Source: Desulfosudaceae bacterium
GTDB lineage: Bacteria > Desulfobacterota > Desulfobacteria > Desulfobacterales > Desulfosudaceae
Reading direction: 5' to 3'
Assembly (NCBI GenBank): GCA_963674745.2
Contig: CAXXDV010000003.1
Location: 2,240,001 to 2,304,000 of the forward strand
Length of the DNA stretch: 64,000 nucleotides
Part shown: positions 10,126 through 18,093 of the stretch, piece by piece
How positions within the stretch are numbered: the stretch's first letter is position 1
How the letters are laid out: the number at the start of each line of letters is the position of its first letter
Translations under genes and position numbers: made by a program
The notes under the pieces: model-generated
Told to the model about the DNA's origin: nothing
Database searches by the model: none
The model's input: the letters and a program-made list of their open reading frames with translations, nothing else

Positions 10126-10662
10126 ATGAAGAAGTTAATCGTTAGTTTAGTTGTCGGCGCTTTACTGGTATTGCCGCTTTCCGCTATGGCCATGGACGCC
10201 ATCAGCAATGCTGAGCTTGACGGCGTAGCCGGTCAGGCCGGTGTTACCATCGGCTTTGGCGGTACCACCACCACCACCATCGATTTCAGCGAGCTGAGCT
10301 GGGGAGATCCGGACGGCCTTGGTGCCGGTTGTGGCGCTAATCAGGGCTGGCTGATCATTGACGGTGATATCAGCATACAGCAGATAATTGCCGACGGCCA
10401 GACGCTGACACTGGATGTCGGTACCACCAACGCGGACAGCTGTAGCCCGGGCACAGACGCCGTTGTGATTCCCACTTCCGGAACCACCTTTGTCGCGGTG
10501 GGGCTGCCGTCTACCACAATGAACATCAGTGTTGCCAATCAGCTGACCATCGGGATGGGCACCGCAGCCGGCACCATTGCCGGTACAGTCGGCCTGCTGA
10601 ATCTGGAAAGCCTGTCAGTTGATGCGGGTACCCCAACTACCCTTTACATCTGGGCGCACTAA
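10126..10662 (+). CDS. Secreted FilA/DUF6160-like filament subunit, copy 1
   Basis: GGAGG RBS before ATG 10126; Sec signal MKKLIV...SAMA; then MDAISNAELDGVAGQAG, WGDPDG, Gly/Thr-rich beta pattern, C-terminal LYIWAH. Confidence 0.7.
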   Translation: MKKLIVSLVVGALLVLPLSAMAMDAISNAELDGVAGQAGVTIGFGGTTTTTIDFSELSWGDPDGLGAGCGANQGWLIIDGDISIQQIIADGQTLTLDVGTTNADSCSPGTDAVVIPTSGTTFVAVGLPSTTMNISVANQLTIGMGTAAGTIAGTVGLLNLESLSVDAGTPTTLYIWAH

Positions 10663-10696
10663 TTCGTTTTTCAATCTCAGTACGTTTCGGGGGAAT

Positions 10697-11299
10697 ATGT
10701 CTGCTTCAACGGGCATAAATCAAAAAAAAGAGTGGTTAAGACGGATTACCTTTGCCGGCCTTATCCTGATGTTCGGCTTTGCCGTTGTTTCACCGCTACC
10801 CTGCTCGGCAATGGAAGCCCTGACCCAACAGGAACTGGGTGATTTATCCGGAAGGAGCGGTATCAGTATGGGATTCGCCAGCCCTGCGACCGTCAGGGCG
10901 ACGTTTACCTCGCTGAGCTTCGGGGACTCAGATGGCTGGGGCGATGGCACAGGCGGAACTAATAATGCCGGCTGGCTGGTACTCACCGGCAACGGTGCCG
11001 AGTTAAACATTGAGATTCCTGCTAACGCGCAACTTGACATTGATGTCGGCCACACCGTAAGCACCTGCGCCCCCAAGAGTGGCGCAGCTTACGCCGGGTT
11101 AAAAATTCCGGCCGACTCCACTTTTTTTACTTTCAGCCTGACCGAAACCAATATTGTCCTGGTGGTTCCGGATACTGTCTATATTGGTCTCAGCCAATCG
11201 GGCAGTTCAGTAGGTGATTATATGGGTTATATGCGGGCGGACAATGTCGCCATCGATAAAGCGAACAAGAAAAGCTCCTGCTATATTTGGACGCATTAA
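10697..11299 (+). CDS. Secreted FilA/DUF6160-like subunit, divergent paralog
   Basis: Signal peptide, MEALTQQELGDLSGRSG, FGDSDG, C-terminal CYIWTH; ATG 10697 preferred to the overlapping start in the track. Confidence 0.65.
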   Translation: MSASTGINQKKEWLRRITFAGLILMFGFAVVSPLPCSAMEALTQQELGDLSGRSGISMGFASPATVRATFTSLSFGDSDGWGDGTGGTNNAGWLVLTGNGAELNIEIPANAQLDIDVGHTVSTCAPKSGAAYAGLKIPADSTFFTFSLTETNIVLVVPDTVYIGLSQSGSSVGDYMGYMRADNVAIDKANKKSSCYIWTH

Positions 11300-11359
11300 C
11301 GATAGCGCCCCCGTACTGAAAAAAAGAGGTATTACAACAACCAACATAAGGAGAAAGAA

Positions 11360-11896
11360 ATGAAAAAACTCGGATTAATTTGTTTAATCGTTAGTTTACT
11401 GGCCCTTCCGATGTCGGCCATGGCCCTGGAAAAAATGTCCGGAGAAGATCTGGGCGGCGTTACCGGTCAGGCCGGTGTTACCATCGGCTTTGGCGGTACC
11501 ACCACCACCACCATCGATTTCAGCGAGCTGAGCTGGGGAGATCCGGACGGCCTTGGTGCCGGTTGTGGCGCTAATCAGGGCTGGCTGATCATTGACGGTG
11601 ATATCAGCATACAGCAGATAATTGCCGACGGCCAGACGCTGACACTGGATGTCGGTACCACCAACGCGGACAGCTGTAGCCCGGGCACAGACGCCGTTGT
11701 GATTCCCACTTCCGGAACCACCTTTATCGCGGTGGGGCTGCCGTCTACCACAATGAACATCAGTGTTGCCAATCAGCTGACCATCGGGATGGGCACCGCA
11801 GCCGGCACCATTGCCGGTACTGTCGGGCTGCTGAATCTGCAGAGCCTGACCGTTGATGCGGGTACCCCGAGTACCCTTTACATCTGGGCTCACTAA
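11360..11896 (+). CDS. Secreted FilA/DUF6160-like subunit, copy 3 (mature part nearly identical to copy 1)
   Basis: AAGGAG RBS; signal peptide; LEKMSGEDLGGVTGQAG; LYIWAH end. Confidence 0.7.
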   Translation: MKKLGLICLIVSLLALPMSAMALEKMSGEDLGGVTGQAGVTIGFGGTTTTTIDFSELSWGDPDGLGAGCGANQGWLIIDGDISIQQIIADGQTLTLDVGTTNADSCSPGTDAVVIPTSGTTFIAVGLPSTTMNISVANQLTIGMGTAAGTIAGTVGLLNLQSLTVDAGTPSTLYIWAH

Positions 11897-11938
11897 GATC
11901 CCTGTGTCCGTTTGATGTATTATAACGGATAACAATAT

Positions 11939-11991
11939 GGATGTTTTTGGGCAGGCGGTAAAATAAATATACCCCTGCCCGAAAACATCCC
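11939..11991 (+). terminator. Long stem-loop after the third subunit gene (terminator-like or mRNA-stabilising)
   Basis: GGATGTTTTTGGGCAGG...CCTGCCCGAAAACATCC inverted repeat; no strong U-tract. Confidence 0.5.
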
Positions 11992-12009
11992 TTATAATAA
12001 TGCGCTATT

Positions 12010-13119
12010 ATGCAACCATTTAGAACCTTTACCCTCAATCCCAGCCTTATCAGGCAGACGTTCACCTGCTTTCTTTTTCTTTTGATTACCGTTTCTGCTT
12101 ACGCCGGCACAACTGAATTGTTGTCCGACGCCTGCATAGCAGACATTACAGCCGGTGCCGGTGATACGGTAATAACGGCTTTTTATGAGACCCCGACCAC
12201 AGCCTACATTGATAATACGCCCCGCTGGTGGGGGGATATGGATGGTGCTGCCGGTGCCGGATGCGGTAACGCACCCGGATTTATCGTCACCAACCTTCCC
12301 TACAATGATTTCCAGCATGATAATTTTAAGTATTCATTTAACAGTCAGGCTGAATTGGATGCGTTCATAAATGATCTGGCTACGTTGCCGGGCAGCCCAA
12401 TTAATGTGCTTGCCACTGACTATATCAAAAGCAACCCCGGTACCGACCATATTTTTTCCAATGACGGCAGGCCCCCCCGTGTCCAGGAAATCATCATTAC
12501 CACTGACCAGAAAATAAACGGAGATTTTGTCCGTACCCATAACGGCCAGGTCATTACCCAGAACGTGCGTTTTGACCTTGAATTCCTGCCGCCTTACGCG
12601 AGATCTTACACTACTGAAACAACGGAGCAAACAGCTGAGGGCAGGGACGGGAAAACCGGTCGCCTGCTCCCCTCCAGATCTTTCAGACAGTACAATCAAT
12701 ATGAATGGGTGCAACGAAATAATTCCGGCGTTGAAATCATACGGAATGCGGACGGAACATTCTACTTTACCCAGCGTCAGCCACACACGTTTAATTTCGG
12801 TGCGATTTATCTGGAATGTACGACTACGGGCGATCAGCCCATACTTTCATCTTCTGGTTATGTTGTCGTACCGCCAAACACCACTTTTCTGAGAAACACC
12901 ATTTATAATGATTTGAATGTTTACAGCCCTGCTTTGGGCATGACGATCGGCCTTGCCCCTGCCGGAGAAACCGATCCGGAAACCGGGGAAATTTCTCCCG
13001 ACCTTGATCACTATCAGGAACTGGGAATACTTGATATAAGAAATTTGAATATTTCGCTAAAAGGCGGCAACGATATTTATGTTTATGCCAATGAGGATCT
13101 GGATGTGCGCTGCCCCTAA
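12010..13119 (+). CDS. Large FilA-like paralog with inserted domain (candidate minor or tip subunit)
   Basis: Signal peptide; LLSDACIADITAGAG; WWGDMDGAAGAGCG; VVVPPNTTF; LGILDIRNL...IYVYAN align to the small subunits around a central insert. Confidence 0.55.
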   Translation: MQPFRTFTLNPSLIRQTFTCFLFLLITVSAYAGTTELLSDACIADITAGAGDTVITAFYETPTTAYIDNTPRWWGDMDGAAGAGCGNAPGFIVTNLPYNDFQHDNFKYSFNSQAELDAFINDLATLPGSPINVLATDYIKSNPGTDHIFSNDGRPPRVQEIIITTDQKINGDFVRTHNGQVITQNVRFDLEFLPPYARSYTTETTEQTAEGRDGKTGRLLPSRSFRQYNQYEWVQRNNSGVEIIRNADGTFYFTQRQPHTFNFGAIYLECTTTGDQPILSSSGYVVVPPNTTFLRNTIYNDLNVYSPALGMTIGLAPAGETDPETGEISPDLDHYQELGILDIRNLNISLKGGNDIYVYANEDLDVRCP

Positions 13120-13353
13120 AAAAGACTTCCAGATCATCGACTTCTATTATCACATTTCCTCTTTGATTATCTCTTATTTTAAGCAAGCGGTTATTACCAA
13201 ATTTATTTACACGGTTTTAATAAACGGAACCAGAACATTCGTGTGTTTTTTAATTTTTTCTTTACAAAACAAGTTTCATATGATTAAGCTTAATACGATA
13301 AACAATGTTCACCAGTTGATTTTGCTTAAACCGGTGCCTGGGGGAGACTAATT

Positions 13354-14136
13354 ATGCACGTACTTATTGCTTTCTTAATCAGTACTGCCTTGCTTTCCGG
13401 TTTTCTCCCCTCAAGGGAGATACCTGACAATGAGGTGCGTTTTATTTATGCCCCTATTGACGGTATAACAACCAACACGGATTACTATCTTCCCCACGCT
13501 CTCCAGCCGGTCGAACTGCATTTTGAGATGAGAAACGCGTCGGATATAGAAAAATCACGCATTATTTCTCAGAAATATGACTATAGTTGCGGATCTGCTG
13601 CCCTGGCCACACTCTTAAGATACCACCTTGCTGAAGATTTTGAGGAAACGCACATTATTCACGGCCTGCTGAAATACGGGGACAAGGAAAAAATTATAGA
13701 GAGAAGGGCGTTCTCCCTTCTGGATATGAAAAAATTTGTTAATGCCATCGGATACCAGGGCGTGGGCTACAAGGCTGAAATAGAGGACCTTGAAACGCTG
13801 AACATGCCCTGCATTCTACCCATGGAACTTTACGGTTATCGCCATTTTACCGTGTTCAAAGACGTTTATAAAGGCCATGTTTTTCTGGCTGACCCGTTTC
13901 AGGGAAACACCAGCTACCCGATAGAACAATTTAAAAAGTTGTGGCATGAAAATGTTATTTTTGTCGTTTATCCTTCAGGAGAAGAGCAATTGGCCTTATT
14001 AAAATTGAAAAACGACGATCTCCGTTTTATGGATGAAGATCGGACACTGGATATCATGTTTCGAGACAGAATGTTAGAGAAAGAACCAATGCCGATTGAG
14101 ACAGATCCTAAAACACGACAATACTATAAAAGATAA
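13354..14136 (+). CDS. C39 family cysteine peptidase (FilB/FapD-like), stand-alone, with N-terminal signal
   Basis: SQKYDYSCGSAALATLL (Gln, Cys), RHFTV (His), LADP (Asp); FSLLDMK motif. Confidence 0.9.
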   Translation: MHVLIAFLISTALLSGFLPSREIPDNEVRFIYAPIDGITTNTDYYLPHALQPVELHFEMRNASDIEKSRIISQKYDYSCGSAALATLLRYHLAEDFEETHIIHGLLKYGDKEKIIERRAFSLLDMKKFVNAIGYQGVGYKAEIEDLETLNMPCILPMELYGYRHFTVFKDVYKGHVFLADPFQGNTSYPIEQFKKLWHENVIFVVYPSGEEQLALLKLKNDDLRFMDEDRTLDIMFRDRMLEKEPMPIETDPKTRQYYKR

Positions 14137-14160
14137 ACCGCAATGCGCCTCAGGAGGTAC

Positions 14161-16092
14161 ATGTTGAAGGCAAATATAAAAATTATTTTCATGGCGGCGT
14201 TATTACTGACAGCCCTGGTAATAAATGGAAACGGTCAGGAAAACCAGACAGGTACCAAGGCCAGCGACCAGGCTGAAACCGGTTTTTCAAAAAGCCTCAC
14301 CTCGAGAGAGTTGGAGCGGCAAACCGCTGCCGGCCTGAAAAAGGACCTGGCCCCTGAAGCACTTGAGGCAGCCACTGGTGCCGGCCTGAAAAAAAATCTG
14401 GACAGTGATGAACTGCAGGAGTCCACGGCCGCCGGCCTGAAAAAAGACCTGACCACTGAAGAGTTAAATTCATCCATTGGAGCGGGCATCAGGCGTGTCT
14501 CATCGCTGGAACTGGATAAAGCATCCGGCCGGGGATTTATGACCGACATGACCCGGGCGGAGCTGGAAAATCTTGTCGGTAAGGGCTTTATCGGCAAGCT
14601 TACACCTGATGAAATTGAACAAATCAGCGCCCGGGGAACATTATCTGATGAACAGGCGCGAATGACCATCAAAGACCTTGCTTCTGTTTTCGCTCAGGGC
14701 GTTAAATTCATCATTGACACATCAAAATTTTCAGAAGAGGAGCTGGGCGAAATTAAAGGCCGGGGCACCCTTCAGGATATCGGTAAATTCCCCTACTCGA
14801 TCCAGGTGGGGGTTTTCAGGGACAAAGCCAATGCCATTGCCATGCTGGAAACCATTAAAGGACAAGGCTATGATCCTTATATTTTCAGAACCCGTGATGA
14901 CCTCGGCAATTCGCTGTTTGCCGTTCGCCTCGGCGATTATGAATCCATTCAGGAAGCTTATGCCGAAGTGACACATTACAAGGGCAAAGAACACAAGGAA
15001 GCTTTTGTCACCTACATCAACTCTACCAAAAGTGTGGATGAAAAAGACATCGTTAATGAAAAAGATGAAAGCGCACGTCCGGATCTTTCTAATCAGCTTG
15101 ATTTTGACAAAGAATACGCCAGCGAGGATCTGAGGGCTCTTTACAAACAGATTCAAGCACTTGAAGGTGAAGTTGATAAATTACGGACTGAGTCGCAAGC
15201 CAGGAAAAAACTCAAGATGACAGAAGCCGAGCAGCAAAAGGAGGAAGAAGAAATCCTCTCCGCTGCCGGGCGTGAGTATGTGCTGTCGCCGGCCGGAACT
15301 TTAAGCTTTGATTATAATTTCGGATACACCCATAACAGTTATGACGAGGCTGAATGGAACGTTTCCCGCATCAAGCATACAGCTGATCATACACTGACGA
15401 ACACCCTGTCAACCACTTACGCTCTGTTCGACAACCTTTCTTTGTCCGCGTCCATTCCGTTCAAATATAAGTATCACGATCTGGGTGTCAGCGGGTCAAA
15501 AGATGTCAGCGATTTAGGCGACCTTTCTTTAAGCTTCAGCTGGCAGCCTACCAAATCCCAACAGTCGATACCGCCTATCATTGTTACTACCAGTGTTTCC
15601 GCGCCTACCGGTCGGGGACCGTATGAAATCAACCCGGAAGTTGATTTATCAACCGGTTCCGGTATTTATTCGTTTTCACTTGGTGTCAACACCAACAAAA
15701 AAGTCGATCCGGTAGTGGTTTACGGGGGGCTTGCTTATTCCTTTCTGTTAAAGGAAAAAGACTTGGACTACTATCTGGGAACAGGCGCTGTTCTTAATGA
15801 AGTAGAACCGGGCGGGGGGGTTGCCTTGAGCCTGGGGCTTGGTTATGCCATGTCCTATGCGGCAACTATCAACGTAGGCATCAGTATGACTTATTCCTTC
15901 GGGTCAACGTATTATTATCTGGACGGCAGTAAGTCGGAAACCGGTGATGCGGTCAGCGCCAGCCTCAGCCTGGGTACCGGCTGGCGTTTTTCAAGCCAGC
16001 GGACAATCAGTTTTTCCGTTGGCATCGGCCTGACCAATGATGCTTCGGACTTCTCATTTTCCTTTAGAATACCCTTTGATTACGCACTGTAA
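14161..16092 (+). CDS. Outer-membrane transporter (FilC/FapF-like beta-barrel) fused to N-terminal 17-aa repeats, a SPOR domain and a coiled coil
   Basis: AGGAGG RBS; signal peptide; YSIQVGVFRDKANA SPOR motif; LRALYKQIQALEGEVDKL coiled coil; LGDLSL...APTG barrel motifs; C-terminal FSFRIPF. Confidence 0.7.
   Translation: MLKANIKIIFMAALLLTALVINGNGQENQTGTKASDQAETGFSKSLTSRELERQTAAGLKKDLAPEALEAATGAGLKKNLDSDELQESTAAGLKKDLTTEELNSSIGAGIRRVSSLELDKASGRGFMTDMTRAELENLVGKGFIGKLTPDEIEQISARGTLSDEQARMTIKDLASVFAQGVKFIIDTSKFSEEELGEIKGRGTLQDIGKFPYSIQVGVFRDKANAIAMLETIKGQGYDPYIFRTRDDLGNSLFAVRLGDYESIQEAYAEVTHYKGKEHKEAFVTYINSTKSVDEKDIVNEKDESARPDLSNQLDFDKEYASEDLRALYKQIQALEGEVDKLRTESQARKKLKMTEAEQQKEEEEILSAAGREYVLSPAGTLSFDYNFGYTHNSYDEAEWNVSRIKHTADHTLTNTLSTTYALFDNLSLSASIPFKYKYHDLGVSGSKDVSDLGDLSLSFSWQPTKSQQSIPPIIVTTSVSAPTGRGPYEINPEVDLSTGSGIYSFSLGVNTNKKVDPVVVYGGLAYSFLLKEKDLDYYLGTGAVLNEVEPGGGVALSLGLGYAMSYAATINVGISMTYSFGSTYYYLDGSKSETGDAVSASLSLGTGWRFSSQRTISFSVGIGLTNDASDFSFSFRIPFDYAL
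14284..14766 (+). repeat. About 9 tandem 16-22 aa repeats, consensus L-T/S-x-x-E-L-x4-G/A-x-G
   Basis: GCCGGCCTGAAAAA at 14329, 14380 and 14431 (51-bp period); translated repeats visible. Confidence 0.85.
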
Positions 16093-16110
16093 AACGTGAC
16101 AGGAGAATTG

Positions 16111-17928
16111 ATGCGATCACGACCACAGGCCAGACCGGGATGGTTATTTTTAATTGCCTGTTTTATATTCAGCCTCGGCGGCAGTATCAACTGCCAGGCA
16201 GCCCTTTTTGAAAACATGGCCATCTGTGCCAAGGCCATCTCGCTGGCAAACTCCTGTACCGCCTATCCTCCGGATCAAATGTCCATTCACTATAATCCGG
16301 CCGGGCTATCCACTGTTCATGACGGTCTCCAATTGAGCCAGGGGCTTCTCACCGCCTCGTTTGCATTAAAATCAAGGTTTGATCCGGATCCGGACTTTCC
16401 CGGATGGCTGGGCGGAATTTACAGCGGGGAGCCGGGTGATTCTGATTATTACGACTACCGCCCCGAAGCCGATCCGGTTGCCGGCCAAAGCGGTACCAGT
16501 TCAGGTGTTCATCTTTACCTTCCCCTGATGGGCTCCCAGGACATGAGTTCTGTCGGTATGCCGACGCCGTTTGGTTTTTCTCTGGCCGCAGCCCCTTTCC
16601 CTTTTGGCCTGTCTTACCGGAAACCGAATTCACGCGTAACCTTCGGATTCGGTTTATATGCCCCTGCCATGGGCGGGTTTTACCGTGATGACGATGACCC
16701 CGCCCGGTACAACGGACGGGCGCTTTCCATGCAGCACATTGTTTACGCCGCACCAGCCGTCAGCTATCAACTGACGGATACCCTTTCCGTAGGGGTTACC
16801 CTGGGGCTTGGTCAGGGTGCCACCGAGATTGACACGGACATGCGATTGCCCAACGACATGACCGCATTGACGGAAATTCTCGGTATATCAACGCAAGGAT
16901 TGAACATCCCCGTTATTTCTCAATTGACCCTCCCCCCGCCATGGATGGGCGGCGGTGTCGGCCCTTATGACGATATCGGCAACATGTCTCTTGCTGTCCG
17001 TGATGACTATACACCGAGCTACAATCTTGGTCTTCTTTGGGAACCGTCCAACTGGTTTTCATTCGGTCTCTGTTATCAAAGTGAAGTCAAAATGGAATAT
17101 AGCGGCAGCTTCAAATTCACCTACAGCGAGGAATTTCAAGGTTTTGTCGCCTGGATGGGCAGTTCGCCACTACTCCTGGCCGTTTCCCAGCTGCTGGATC
17201 TTCCCTACCGATCCACACCTTACCAGCAAGGGGCAGTCAACTTGACAGGTGGAGACTTCCCGGAGAGAATCCAGACCGGTATCATGCTTCGCCCCATCCG
17301 CCGTCTTAGGCTGATGTGTGATCTGCACTGGATAAACTATTCCAAGACCAAGGCCTATACCATAATCTTTGACCAGGACATCCAGGCTTTAATGATATCC
17401 AAATTCATCGGGCACCTGGATGGGAATAACAGATTAAAGATTGACATGAACATGAAGGATGAAGTCCATCTCAGCTTCGGCCTTGAATACCAACTGCTGG
17501 ACTGGCTGTCCTTAAGATGCGGTTATGAAGACAGAAAAACATCTGTAAACATGGACTATTTCTCGTTGCTGGCACCGCTGGCCGATATAGACTACTATGG
17601 TGTCGGCCTGGGCATTCAATTAAAAAGCGGCCTGAAAATCGATCTGGCCGCCGGGTTTCTCAAGTCCGACTCATGGGAGGTGCCCAACAATTCCAGTAAG
17701 AATCTGAACTCTACGGAATTTATCGATGCAGTGTACAACCCCTATGGGGGTATGGATGTTTCGGGCAGCATGGAAGCCACCCTCATTGCCGCCAATTTTT
17801 CCCTGCCGTTCGAATATCTTTACCGGGTCGGCGACTTGTTAAAAGATACCGGGCAAAAAATCAAAGAGAATATGCCTTTTATGAAAAAATCGAAAAAGCC
17901 TGAAACACAGGACCCGATCAATAAGTAA
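16111..17928 (+). CDS. FadL/OmpP1/TodX-family outer-membrane protein (FilD-like)
   Basis: Signal peptide; KAISLANSCTAYPP..SIHYNPAGL FadL-type N-terminal motif; alternating beta-strand pattern. Confidence 0.8.
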   Translation: MRSRPQARPGWLFLIACFIFSLGGSINCQAALFENMAICAKAISLANSCTAYPPDQMSIHYNPAGLSTVHDGLQLSQGLLTASFALKSRFDPDPDFPGWLGGIYSGEPGDSDYYDYRPEADPVAGQSGTSSGVHLYLPLMGSQDMSSVGMPTPFGFSLAAAPFPFGLSYRKPNSRVTFGFGLYAPAMGGFYRDDDDPARYNGRALSMQHIVYAAPAVSYQLTDTLSVGVTLGLGQGATEIDTDMRLPNDMTALTEILGISTQGLNIPVISQLTLPPPWMGGGVGPYDDIGNMSLAVRDDYTPSYNLGLLWEPSNWFSFGLCYQSEVKMEYSGSFKFTYSEEFQGFVAWMGSSPLLLAVSQLLDLPYRSTPYQQGAVNLTGGDFPERIQTGIMLRPIRRLRLMCDLHWINYSKTKAYTIIFDQDIQALMISKFIGHLDGNNRLKIDMNMKDEVHLSFGLEYQLLDWLSLRCGYEDRKTSVNMDYFSLLAPLADIDYYGVGLGIQLKSGLKIDLAAGFLKSDSWEVPNNSSKNLNSTEFIDAVYNPYGGMDVSGSMEATLIAANFSLPFEYLYRVGDLLKDTGQKIKENMPFMKKSKKPETQDPINK

Positions 17929-18093
17929 CACTTTTTTTAGAAGGACAAAATAAGCTCAATATCAGCTTTTTAATTCAAAAGGCCAAAACTCCTGATAGAA
18001 TTCACATTGCAGTGTAGTGTCAGGATGCGTTCTTGCGATGTGCTGATATTGAATTTTTTTTTGCGGTCTTTAATCACATGGGAAAGAGGAAAA

